From Octopus sinensis (lineage: Eukaryota): a stretch of DNA of 64,000 nt. Position numbers and translations under genes: made by a program. This document shows positions 40,380 to 52,900 of this stretch, piece after piece (position 1 is the first letter of the stretch; every line of letters begins with the position of its first letter). The notes below the pieces were generated by a model that made no database searches, was not told where the DNA came from, and was given only the letters and a program-made list of their open reading frames with translations. The DNA is taken from the NCBI RefSeq assembly GCF_006345805.1, contig NC_043005.1, positions 81,220,001 through 81,284,000 of the forward strand, written 5' to 3'.

Positions 40380-41030
40380 TTGCTCATTAGTACTGTTCCG
40401 CTGACACATTACATTTGTAATGTACGAAGAGGTGGCTAGTTTCCTTTTCTGAAAACCCAAGCTTTTCCAGCTTCTGACAAACTCAAGTGCACCTATTATT
40501 GATATAATTGTGAATTTATAATCTGGCCATAGGAAGCTGTAGGTTTTGATGCAGTTATCCGCAGTAATCCTCATATTCTTTCATTTCATAGAGATTCACA
40601 TCAGCAGGGAAATTGATCTCTATGACAGTTTGTTTTTTCATGTCTCTCCCAACCAAACATATGCATGCGTGTATGTATTTATGTATATACGTTTGAATCC
40701 ATATATACACGATAGAATTCTACACATTTCAGTCCGTCAAGTAAATTCCATTATCAACATATATATGTTAACCCGAGGCTGTTGGAAGACACCAGTTCCC
40801 AAAATATGGTTTCCTTTGAATTTTATATTTCTTTTGATATACTTCATCCAGACTTATCTTTTACTCTAGTTTCTCACTGTAAAAGAAGAAATGCTCGTTT
40901 GTCAGAAGACTTGAAGACATTCAGTGTGAGAGGTGTTAACTGTCTCAATGATACATCTGCGGATGATACAGTCTTGATTTATCTCCTATTTAGAAGCAAA
41001 TCACATTAGTTTCCTGATTCAGCAGACAGT
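40380..41030 (-). pseudogene. 3' remnant of a restriction-like-endonuclease LINE, related to 12965-13885
   Basis: VIEINFPADVN and LWPDYKFTIISIIGAL parallel the 13-kb copy. Confidence 0.7.
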
Positions 41031-41039
41031 GAGCTTCAC

Positions 41040-41046
<7 letters not shown>

Positions 41047-41079
<33 letters not shown>

Positions 41080-42060
41080 TGTGTGTGTATGTGTGTGTAT
41101 GTGTTTGTGTGTGTGTGTGCATGTGATTGTGTGTGTGTGTGGAGAGAGAGAGAAAGAGAGATAGATACAGTTGCAACAAATTTCTATTCACGACACGCTT
41201 CTAAAGAAAATTAATGAGAAACGTAAGTGTAATTTATCAAATTTATTTTCCACCTATTTCTTTATGCTTTATACAGTTCGTTTTCGTATATATCTTTCTT
41301 GTATCATTTTAATGCTCATTTTTATTTTATTCTATTTTATATATGTGTATATATCAATGAAAGTCACTAAATAGAGACGGCGAAAATCAGAAAGCTGTCT
41401 AAATTTATTTAATGTTTAGAAAAGCGTCAGATTGTGATATAGTCAATGTTTATAAAACACTTTGTGCAATTTATCATAATGTGATACAGAAAAAGAAAAA
41501 TAAATATAATCGAATAAGACTGTGCCCCCGCATGGCCGCATTCTGATGACTGAAACTAATTATAGCGAATACAGAAAAGATAATTGCTTCATTGTTTTGG
41601 AACAAAGGAAATATTTTCTACTACTGTTATGCTACTGATGTTAAGGATAGATAAATAGCAATATGTAAGAATTACAACAGTGAATGCTGGGATTTGAACT
41701 CGGAAATTGAGCGAGAAAGAGAATACCAAAACCTGGCAATACTGGTTAGTGCAATATTTTAACTTACAAAGAGCTTAGTAAAATTATCTATCAAACTTCT
41801 CATGTTAATACAAGATCACGTATGTTTAGACGATGTCTGTAGAATCAATTAAATATATCCTTGTATTGGCTGATATTTAATGCAGCGGTGGCGACCCATA
41901 GTGACAAAATATAGAATAAAATGCAAGACTTTCTTCACAACATAACATTGCTTTCCACAGAAAAAACAGCCGATAGCAATCGATCTTAGAAACTTTAAGG
42001 CTTCGGCCATATGTGGCAATGCAACCCTTTATAGTTTATTGTATGAAGTGATATATATGA

Positions 42061-42109
<49 letters not shown>

Positions 42110-43394
42110 TATATAGGCTCTAAAATATAGTTCGAATAAAGGTGACTGGGCATTTAATTTTCAGAATATATTTCTTATGCTCTGTTAGAATCAGTTTTGA
42201 TTTGTATGGCTTATGTCCTTTTCTTGTTGTCATTCTTTGTTTGTGTGTTTGGTTTCTTTTTCCATTTTCTGACTCATATCTTAGAGTGAAACCAAATGTT
42301 ACTTCAATATTCGGGTGTAAAGCGGAAGGAGTAACATTTCTGCAACTTAAGATGCAGTCTTAATGTATACACACCTATATGTACACAAACGCACACATGT
42401 GTGTGTGTGGTGTGTGTGTGTGTGTGTGTGTATGTGTGTGTGTGTGTGTGTGTGCATGTGATTGTGTGTGTGTGTGGAGAGAGAGAGAAAGAGAGATAGA
42501 TACAGTTGCAACAAATTTCTATTCACGACACGCTTCTAAAGAAAATTAATGAGAAACGTAAGTGTAATTTATCAAATTTATTTTCCACCTATTTCTTTAT
42601 GCTTTATACAGTTCGTTTTCGTATATATCTTTCTTGTATCATTTTAATGCTCATTTTTATTTTATTCTATTTTATATATGTGTATATATCAATGAAAGTC
42701 ACTAAATAGAGACGGCGAAAATCAGAAAGCTGTCTAAATTTATTTAATGTTTAGAAAAGCGTCAGATTGTGATATAGTCAATGTTTATAAAACACTTTGT
42801 GCAATTTATCATAATGTGATACAGAAAAAGAAAAATAAATATAATCGAATAAGACTGTGCCCCCGCATGGCCGCATTCTGATGACTGAAACTAATTATAG
42901 CGAATACAGAAAAGATAATTGCTTCATTGTTTTGGAACAAAGGAAATATTTTCTACTACTGTTATGCTACTGATGTTAAGGATAGATAAATAGCAATATG
43001 TAAGAATTACAACAGTGAATGCTGGGATTTGAACTCGGAAATTGAGCGAGAAAGAGAATACCAAAACCTGGCAATACTGGTTAGTGCAATATTTTAACTT
43101 ACAAAGAGCTTAGTAAAATTATCTATCAAACTTCTCATGTTAATACAAGATCACGTATGTTTAGACGATGTCTGTAGAATCAATTAAATATATCCTTGTA
43201 TTGGCTGATATTTAATGCAGCGGTGGCGACCCATAGTGACAAAATATAGAATAAAATGCAAGACTTTCTTCACAACATAACATTGCTTTCCACAGAAAAA
43301 ACAGCCGATAGCAATCGATCTTAGAAACTTTAGGCTTCGGCCATATGTGGCAATGCAACCCTTTATAGTTTATTGTATGAAGTGATATATATGA

Positions 43395-43443
<49 letters not shown>

Positions 43444-43746
43444 TATATAGGCTCTAAAATATAGTTCGAATAAAGGTGACTGGGCATTTAATTTTCAGAA
43501 TATATTTCTTATGCTCTGTTAGAATCAGTTTTGATTTGTATGGCTTATGTCCTTTTCTTGTTGTCATTCTTTGTTTGTGTGTTTGGTTTCTTTTTCCATT
43601 TTCTGACTCATATCTTAGAGTGAAACCAAATGTTACTTCAATATTCGGGTGTAAAGCGGAAGGAGTAACATTTCTGCAACTTAAGATGCAGTCTTAATGT
43701 ATACACACCTATATGTACACAAACGCACACATGTGTGTGTGTGGTG

Positions 43747-43752
<6 letters not shown>
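41047..43752 (+). repeat. Near-identical tandem duplication, unit ~1335 bp
   Basis: Identical ORF pairs 41171/42506 and 42142/43476; breakpoints lie in (TG)n-G-(TG)n runs. Confidence 0.95.
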
Positions 43753-43832
<80 letters not shown>

Positions 43833-43848
43833 TTATGATGATAATAAT

Positions 43849-43879
<31 letters not shown>

Positions 43880-43891
43880 TTAATAATAATA

Positions 43892-45010
43892 AGAAGATGA
43901 ACAGGAAGTCAAGAAAGTTCCCAACGATGCATGGAGCTCATCATTCACGCGCATGATCGCCTATACATGAAGAGAGCAAATGGAGGAAGGGGTCTTATAA
44001 GTGTGGAACACTGAATGTATCGAATTCGAGAGCTTAATATGATACCTAGTCCAAAGTAAAGAAACCTTGCTAGTATCAGGTAGGAACGAGGAAGTACTGA
44101 GAGCAGAGAAAAAGGGAAAATAAAGGAAGAAGTAAAAAAGGACATGAATAAGAATTACGCAAGAATGAACAACACAATCGGTTCCATGTAACCACAACAG
44201 AAGTTGCCGGAAAACATAGGTGAGATTCGTTGGTGAAAGGAGCCCTAAAAATACAGGCGGAGATGTCTACACTGGCACCGCAGGATCAAGCTTTGGTTAC
44301 AAAGAAAGGAATGAGAAAATGTTTCCGCTGTGCGACATCTGCAATAAAGTGGATGAAACCATTGCCCATATCACGGGTGAATGCCCTAGACTTGCACAAA
44401 ACCACTACAAGCTGTGGCGACACGACCAGGTAGCGAAAATGCTACATTGAAAATTGTGTGAAAAGTAGGGGCTAGAAAAGAGATGCAAAACGTGGCATGA
44501 GCACAAACAGCAGAGAGTGGCGAAGTCATAGACTAGCAAAATCCTCTAGGATTACCCAATCCAAACAGATCAGGTGCTAGAGCATAACATAGCGGACCTA
44601 GTGGTGGTGGGCAAAGTGCACCACATATGCTCTTTATAGTGGATGTTGCATATTCTTGGACATAAAAATAGTCAAGAAGGAAGGCGAAAAGATATATACA
44701 TCCCCCTTAATTATAAAATAGCTCGACTATGGAAAAGGAAGAAGATTAAGATAGTGCCAATTATTGTTGGGTCCTTGGGAACAATATCAGAAGATATCAA
44801 GAAGAATATAAAATAAATTGGAATAGAATGCCCGGTAGAATGTTACAAAAGGTTTGCCTCCTTGGCACGGCTAGAATATTCAGGAAAGTATTAGACAGCT
44901 GAAAAGAACGATTAGCATGGTACCGTAGGTTGCAGGTAGCAAGCCCGCTATGCATGCAAGGTTCCAAGAGCTCCAACAAATCCTGTGACGAAGAGAAAAT
45001 AATAAAAATA
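43892..45010 (+). pseudogene. R4/Dong-clade LINE, 5'-truncated and decayed, next to (TAA)n
   Basis: MNRKSRKFPTMHGAHH..DRLYMKRANGGRGLISVE, CDICNKVDETIAHITGECPRLAQNHYKLWRHDQVA, end LGTARIFRKVL; TAA-like 3' end. Confidence 0.88.
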
Positions 45011-46433
45011 AATCTTTCTGTTATATGCACAATGCCTTAGCACTTAATGTATCAACACCGAAAAGATGAAAGTCAAAGGCGACGTGACAGAATGTGACCT
45101 CAGAAAGTAAAAGCAGGCGACATGTCGCGAAACATATCACCTGGAAGCAAAAATAAAGAACGGTTAGGTTATCTGAAATATGAACTAAAAAACCACCATC
45201 GTCAATAATTTAACTGTACATAAAATGATACTCTTTTGACCTCCCAACCACACTTGTCATTGTATATGCATATATGTAATTATCTATGAATGCAAGTTTG
45301 TGTCTCTAAATGTGTTTATCTGTGGGTTTATATGTATTGCGACGATCTCCAATATATTGCTAAAATAACACAGGCGTAAATGAGGTTAACTGGCTGGGCA
45401 AATAAAATAGGGTTATGAAATTTAGAATAGAAATAACAACTCAAAAATAACAAAACACAATATATGTAAACGTATTCCAAAATTGACGTATAAATATTGT
45501 ACAAAACGATTGTTGTTTCTAGAAAATACGCAAGCCATGTAAATATACATAAACCTTTAAGGTAAACGAAGCGAAATTGTAAATGAAAGAAGAAACAAAA
45601 AAATTAAGCTTAAAATGTATCATGACACGGTGAATGTTAATCAACAACAAAAACAATAAGGTTTAGGATGTGTGATAAATTTCAGAGGCGGTATGTGTTA
45701 TCTCAAAAGAGCTCATTGCATACAGAATTGCGCATCTCTTAATGTCAGTGTCTAAAATAAGAACAAAATTTAAAGTGACAACTGGAGCAGGTTTTTTTTC
45801 TTTTATTGACGTGTTACATACCTTATATCAGGAATGCTGTGTTAAGCACATAAAAGAGTTATAAAAGAGATATATGAGTCAAGGTGAGAAAAGATTGAAG
45901 GCGAGATTAAATATATGAAAGTAAATACACTCGAGAAATGTATGGATATTTATAATAAAGGAATACGCTCACGAATATTCGTATAGAACAACTTTTGAAA
46001 GAATTAACATCGAATATAAAACGAAATATCCAACTGCTAATATAAAGCTTAACCCAGAACTACTAACTCCCCAACGGTAACATCAAAACAGAAGCCACGG
46101 CCTATAAACCACATGGGGCTCTCAGCAGAAAGAAAACGAAACAAAAGAAATTTTAAATAAAGGCGACATCCACACGAATTGAAAATGCTATTGAAACCTT
46201 CACACTAGAAACGAACAATGACGTACAGTGGCTTAAAAAGAAAGTAGGAAATAACTACAATATATAAAAAGATGGCATAGATATTCGAACGAAAGGCTAA
46301 GCTAAACACGCAGCCAGTACAATAACTTGTGCACAACTGTCAAATAAGGATTGTTGAAATGAAATAACATGGTATAACGTACGAATATCAAACAGTAGCG
46401 ATATATTTCCCAACGATAGATATGAATATATAT

Positions 46434-46669
46434 ATTTCTTTACTACCCACAAGGAGCTAAATACAGAGGGGACAAACAAGGACAGACAAACGGATTAAGT
46501 CGATTACAATCGACTCCAGTGCGTAACTGGTACTTAATTTATCGACCACGAAAGGTTGAAAGGCAAAGTCGATCTCGGCGGAATTTGAACTCGGAACGTA
46601 ACGACAGACGGAATACGGCTACGCATTTCCCCCGGAGCGCTAACGTTTCTTCCAGCTCGCCGCCTTCAT
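46434..46669 (-). mobile_element. SINE family A1 with a 22-bp TSD
   Basis: TSD AACGATAGATATGAATATATAT at 46412-46433 and 46670-46691. Confidence 0.93.
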
Positions 46670-47058
46670 AACGATAGATATGAATATATATTTGCCAAAG
46701 AGTAAATAGTTTTGTGTGGAATATGATTTCAATTTAAAAGCGCAAGCTATACTCTATTTTACAACGAATCAACGTAACAAGATACTTTTGGAAAATATTA
46801 ATAAGAAAATATGAATGAAGATCTAACATGTATGTAGGGTGTATAATCTTTGCGTTATAGCTTGTTCGTTAGGAATATCAGGTCGGTAATCAGGGTGTGA
46901 TTGCTGGCTGAGGCGAAACCGAAATACCCCAAATGCATATTAATTGACAGAGAAAAATAAACAAAATTAAATGAAATATTTGGTTTACTCATTGAGCCGT
47001 TAGGAGAGGAGGTAGAATACGAAACCTTACCTCCAGTCGTGGGAAACAGAGACATAAT

Positions 47059-47315
47059 GCTGAGACACCCATCGGCCATGACTGACCATGGGATTGAAAC
47101 TAGAAAGTTACCCTCCCAAGCACAAGTCCGGGCAAGGTTGTCTATGGAAGACCAGCAGTCGCCCATGCAAACCGGCCTCCACTCTACCAATGTTATCCAA
47201 GGGAGGCAACAGCAGATACAACTTGGCACTTGTGACGTCGCAACTCATTTCTACAGCTGAGTGAACTGGAGCAACGTGAAATAAAGAGTCGACGCTCTAA
47301 ATACTGAGCCATGCG
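47059..47315 (-). mobile_element. Internally deleted tRNA-SINE with a 13-bp TSD
   Basis: TSD ACAGAGACATAAT at 47046-47058 and 47316-47328; absent from the paralogous site near 47897; tail matches the 2385-2560 region. Confidence 0.85.
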
Positions 47316-47613
47316 ACAGAGACATAATACAATACGTGAATCAAGTAAATACAGTAAGTAAAATTTTAATTGATGAAAATTTGATAAAAAGCTGAAAACA
47401 AAAAACAGTTAAAGGTAACTAGCCGAGAGTGGGGCTCGAGTTGCCATTTCCCCTTCATTTTATATAATTTCACCTTTCATCCGTTTCATGTTTTTGTCCC
47501 CACTTGTATTGTTCTGTCTGTCTTTCTGCCGTTCACTGTGTTTCAGGCATTTAAGGTGTGATTTTGCTTGCGGTTGCTTGCCTACTGTTGCATTCTTCGG
47601 AATACTGTTATTA

Positions 47614-47771
47614 CGCGCGCGAATCGGGGACGTGCGATACAAGTATATATCATATACACGTATATATCGATACAAGTATATATCGTGCATGCGCCAGTCA
47701 GCTCGTAGGATCGACTGCCTAGCACGGACGCGCGTCTGCGCAAACCGGGACCACTCTACGATACTAGTACC
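47614..47771. mobile_element. Half copy of the Mutator-like palindromic MITE
   Basis: Matches the right arm of 49937-50269, ending GATACTAGTACC. Confidence 0.85.
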
Positions 47772-48679
47772 CCGAAATATACCAAATGCATATTGACAGA
47801 GAAAAATGCACAAAATTAAAAGAAAAATTTGGCTTACTCATTGACCCGTTAGGAGAGGAGGTAGAATACGAAACCCTACCTATAGTCATGGATTACAAAG
47901 ACATAATACAGTACCTGAACTAGTAAATACGGTAAGTAAAAGTTTTAATGATGAAAATTTGATATAAACTGAAAACAAAAACCGTTAAATATAACCCCAC
48001 CAAGAGTGGCGTTCTAGTGGCCGTTTCACCCTCATTTCCATATAATTTCACCTTTCATCCGTTTCATGTTTTTATCCCCACTTGTATTTTCTGCCTGTCC
48101 TTCTGCCGTCCACTCTATGTTATGGATCTTTTTGCGTAATAAAACTATAGTTACAAACACACGAGTGCCCCAAATTTCCTGACCCCAACCCTGTGGAAAA
48201 TAAATTGCATTGTTTTCTACAACAAACCATTCAAAGAATTGTGCGGGGAAATAAACAATCTGGACGAGTCGATAAAAGTCGATTTTGAGGGGTGTGAGGG
48301 AGTTCCCTCGCATGTTAAATGTTTACTTTTGAAGAGAAAGAACTCTCAAAGATTAAATGAGGATTACAGTACAAACGTTGTTATCTCACAAATGGAAAAG
48401 GATACCATGGGGATGCAGTCAACGGTAAGCTATCATGAACTTTCAAAAGAATTTAACATGAACATAGTAGGCGATTACTTGTTTTTAAAATGTTTCAATG
48501 GGGTCACTTTGATTGCGGTGTTCGAGAGGTCTCCATTTCATCCATTCATTTTTATACTATCCTTCTCATTCGTTTTATCTCCACCCAACCTTTTTGTGAT
48601 TTGTCCATCTTTGTACCGTCCTTGTATGTTTAGCTCCCTGTTGGCAATAAAATAAATTGTTGTTACAATAATCTTTGAC

Positions 48680-50480
48680 CGAGTTGGTTGGAAATTTTGT
48701 TTGTGCGTCGTTTGAAAGGTTAGTGGAGGATTTTTTAATTGGAATTATATTTTTTATTCATTGTTGTGCCTTGAGACACTTTCGTTTTGCTGCCTTACGG
48801 CAGTTTTGCTAACACTGTCCCGCTTATTTGAAGTGGGAAGCGAATTGCTTGTGTTTTCATGTTGCATGAAGATTCGTCAGCTTCTGAAGGAGAATTATTG
48901 AGAAGTATTGACATTGCAAACCAGAAGATTGAAAATAATGAAGGTGGGGAAAAGAATGAATTTTGCAACTGCGGCTGATGAACCAAGAGGGAAGATTGGT
49001 TTTAGGAAAGTGAATTTGAACAAGTACAGGGAAATCCTAGTGAAGTTACCAAGGTCGCGCAAAGAAAGACAATAATAAATAGAACGTATAATCTGGATGC
49101 AAAGAGAATGGAGACAGTGAAAAACAAAGTTGAGAAAGTATTCAGACGCATATGACAAAATGTCTCCTCCCTTGCTAGAGGGAGAAAATACGCTACTGTG
49201 GAGATGCGATTCGCATCCGAGGAGAAGGCCAGGCAACATTCGGTAGCCTCCCTCAAAACGGACGCGGTAATACTTCTGCCAACTAACCTTGGAAGGCGTG
49301 CTTCCAGGGTAAGGGTGGCAGTGATTCCCCTGGGACTTGATGTCACATTGGTGGTGGTTGCAAAACTGTTGGATGTAGAAAAGAAGATAGAGGTCCTCGA
49401 AGTAACGAGAACCCCACCGAACAGCTAACAAGGGCAGACACTGGAGATAATAATTCAGACAGCATCGGAGGCCTTTGAAAGAACGGTCGATACCATAGCG
49501 GTGTGCGAGGAGGTGCTATTAAGACTTATAGTGGAGGGCGAGAAGCCCCGATGTTATAAATGTGGCTAGAAAGGTCACATAAGAGCTGAGTGTTCTCCGC
49601 CGATCACAAAGACACCAGTAGTACTACAGGCCCGAAGTAAATTTGTACCTCCACCTCCTGAAATGAAAAGTGGTATTGGAGGGAGTGTGGAAGAACCCCG
49701 CGATAGGGTGGCACAAGTGGAGGAAAATAGAATAAGGAAAGGAGGTAAACCGGAAATAGTGGAAAAAACTCAGGGTATTGATGTTAACCCCTATGTTACA
49801 CCACGCCCCACTTTGCCCCTGCACACACGAACACACCAACAATCACCCTACCCCACCAAACACAGATACTATAGCTACAAACACACAAGAGCCCCAAATT
49901 TCCCCACCCCACCCTGTGAAACAAGTTGCATTGTTTGGTACTTGTATCGCAGAGTGGTCCCGGTTTGCGCACACACGGAGACGCGCGTCTGCGCTAGCCA
50001 GACGTAGGCAGTCGATCCTACGAGCTGACTGGCGCATGCACGATATATACGAGTATCGATATATACGTGTATACGATATATTTACTTGTATATATACGAT
50101 ATATACTTGTATCGCACGTCCCCGATTCGCGTATATATCGATACGAGTATATATCGTATATATCGTGCATGCGCATGTCAGCTCGTAGGATCGACTGCCT
50201 ACGTCTGGCTAGCACGGACGCGCGTCTGCGCGTCTGCGCAAACGGGGACCACTCTGCGATACAAGTACCGCATTGTTTTCTACAATGAGTCATTCAATGA
50301 GCTGTGCGATGATATAAACAATCTAGGCGAGGCGATAAAAATCGTAATTGAGTGTCCTCCAAGTAACGTTGTCTCAATCCTCTGGACAGACGGTTTCGTG
50401 AGTGTTGTTTCTGCATCGTTAGAGAGTTTAGTGAAGGATTGTTCAAATGAAATTATATTTCAGTTCTATATTTAACAGAT
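48680..50480 (+). mobile_element. L1/Tx1-like element with 5'UTR and decayed gag-like ORF1; no ORF2 visible
   Basis: ATG at ~48859; RKYATVEMRFASEEKA..LLPTNLGRRASRVRV; zinc knuckle CYKCG*KGHIRAEC at 49552-49593; tail peptide YNESFNELCDDINNL. Confidence 0.75.
49937..50269. mobile_element. 333-bp palindromic MITE with a 9-bp TSD (Mutator-like)
   Basis: Long TIRs GGTACTTGTATCGCAGAGTGGTCCC / GGGACCACTCTGCGATACAAGTACC; TSD GCATTGTTT at 49928-49936 and 50270-50278; single copy at the paralogous empty site near 48208. Confidence 0.92.
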
Positions 50481-50570
50481 GAGGAAATATGTACATTACA
50501 TTACATTCATCAGGTATCTTGGGGAAAGTTTGAACATGTGCTCTCATTCCTAAGTTATTTTTAATGTTAT

Positions 50571-50655
50571 CATTATTATTAAGGTCGCTGCCTGGAATCG
50601 AACTCGGAATCTTGGGGTTAATAGCCCGCGCTCTTAACCACTACGCCATAAGCCC
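50571..50655 (-). mobile_element. 73-nt tRNA-like retro-element with a (TAA)n tail; not a functional tRNA
   Basis: GGGCTTATGGCGTAGTGGTTAAGAGCGCG..GAGTTCGATTCCAGGCAGCGACC has A and B boxes, but the acceptor stem does not pair. Confidence 0.75.
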
Positions 50656-50857
50656 GTGGGCAATTACGGAGTAAAGTAATGGCACTTACTTAGATGAATA
50701 AAATTTCCGCATTGTTGAAATATATTCTGATGAATTCCATATTTCAAAACATTGCTTACTTTTTACTCATCCTGATACACTAATACTTGCACAGTTTAGG
50801 AGAAAATATTTGAAAGCATTATATATTAATTGTCATCTGCCTAACAATATTTTCTTA

Positions 50858-51094
50858 AATATATTTCTTTATTACCCACAATGGGCTAAACATAGAGGGG
50901 ACAAACAAAGACAGACAAAGGGATTAAGTCGATTACATCGACCCCAGTACGTAACTGGTACTCTATTTATCGACCCTGAAAGGATGAAAGGCAAAGTCGA
51001 CCTCGGCGGAATTTGAACTCAGAACGTAACGACAGACGAAATACTGCTAAGCATTTCGTCCGGCGTGCTAACCATTCTGCCAGCTCGCCGCCTT
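50858..51094 (-). mobile_element. SINE family A1 with a 16-bp TSD
   Basis: TSD TAACAATATTTTCTTA at 50842-50857 and 51095-51110. Confidence 0.93.
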
Positions 51095-52379
51095 TAACAA
51101 TATTTTCTTATATAAACGAATACAAAACTCGTTCTTGTCCCTCTGAATATAATGATATCAACTGGATATCAGACGGCATTTTTATGTGTTTCCAGGAATA
51201 GTCAGGAAATGAACACTGGTATGGCCATTCCACTTTTAAACTTTTCCTGCGGTAATTATTTGAAAATTTCATTGCATAGAAATTAAATGCTAATCTTTTC
51301 ACACAAAAATGCAAATCTTATTCTGACTTTTAATTTATGAGTTGAGCATTTCAAAGTAAGAATACAAACTGAAATAAACATGAAAGAGAACAGAAACAAA
51401 AGCAGCAAAAAGAACAAGAAGAACGACAAATCTACAAACGAAGAGAACAGAAGTAATAATTCAGTAGCAACAAATACTTTTAAAGAATATTTAAAATGAA
51501 AGAAAAGAAAATATTGAAAAGCAGATTAAATTTTAGTTTGGTTCGAGAAATGTTATTAGCAACTGGGTTAAGGACAGTAATTTTGCAATTTAGTTGTCTC
51601 GTTTTAAAACTAAGATTGTTATTTATTGTATCTCCTCAAACATGTAGTTAGTATGCTATATCATTAATGTTAACTGGCTTCTTTCATCAGAATATGGTAA
51701 TTTGCTCTTTAATCTCTTACGTCGGTTTCTTCTCCACACTGCCGTGCCAATAACCACTCCTTTAATGACTAGTGGTTTTCTTCATAAACATCTTGATTGC
51801 ATTCTGTTTTGTTTTTCTCTTAATTTATAATTTTCTTTTATTTCTTTTAAATAAATTTTTTCTGTCTTAAGTACTATATTTTTCCATCATTGGAAAAGTT
51901 AATATTTGATTAAAAATTTAACCTGGTCATTGAGAAAATATATGCTTCATTTTGCAGTATAAACAAGCTGCAAAATAAGTAGATCAAGGAAAAAAATAAG
52001 ATATAAAAACTTTTGATTAATTATAGTTTCTGTATTCTATAAATGAGAAGCCTAACTGTATGAATAATAAGGATAGCTTAACAAAAATACCCCTGTACAG
52101 TTTGAACTACACAAAATTGCGGTGACATGTCCTTTAATATGGAGAAACGCAATAATTCATCTACGTAGCGTGAATATTGTCTGTAATAGTAAATGTATTT
52201 CTTACTTGCCCACAATTGTGTAATTGTGTATAATTAACAGGCTGTTTTGTCAATTTGCAGAGCTCATTTCAAATTTTGCCATGTCCAGTCTCCAGACAAT
52301 TGTTTTTTTTTTGTCTATTAACAAACCTAATCAACCATTTTTATTACAATAGTTTTATTTTTGCTTAAACGTATCTGCT

Positions 52380-52900
52380 TAGGATGGGTAGAATGGCGGT
52401 TTCAGAATTGTTTGGTAGAATGTGCTGCATCTGTTGGCAAACGTTTTATGGGTTCCCTAAACTGAGAGAGGAAAAATGCATTTATAAAATTTAAAGAGCG
52501 CATGCCAAGCACAAAGTTTAAAGATTTATGTTACGCATGTCTTCTCAGACTTAACTTTCGTTCATGTTTATGTTCTTCTTTCACGTTGCCTCAGAGAACG
52601 TAATCCAGTTTCTTGTCAGAGGAAGAAGTATTTCGGCAATGTGCTTGTGTGTCTTCCTGATGTGTTTATAGACTTTATCTTCATCGGCAGCAACACATTC
52701 AAAAACAAAACTTTTACAATTGGCTCCTAGCAATAAGTATCAACCAGTGCTTCGATATTTCACAGTACTGATATGTTTCTTTATTTGATTATGTGTTTGA
52801 ACGCTTTTGTCTTAGCGCACTATACAGGAATCAACTCTTCTATTAAGTTTGTAGTCTTCAGGAGTGATGCGCATTTTTATGCCCAACGTGACACAACTTG
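52380..52900 (-). pseudogene. Possible decayed C2H2 zinc-finger array
   Basis: Finger-like fragments CIVR*DKSVQTHNQIKKHISTV, KVYKHIRKTH, RKLSLRRHA*H, FANRCSTFYQTILK/RHSTH across stops and frameshifts. Confidence 0.3.

Larger units (their letters stand above)
46918..48657 (+). mobile_element. Three 5'-truncated ORF1-tail plus 3'UTR elements in tandem (~46918-47560, 47772-48143, 48144-48657)
   Basis: 46918-47510 is colinear with 47772-48088; 48144-48300 is colinear with 49866-50340 once the MITE is removed; units 2 and 3 end in AATAAA. Confidence 0.7.

Noticed and set aside
41540-41560. CTGATGACTGAAAC, hammerhead-like core
   Set aside because: Only 2 nt between the core motifs, so no stem II.
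50583-50655. Functional tRNA gene
   Set aside because: Acceptor stem does not pair and a TAA tail follows; treated as a retro-element.
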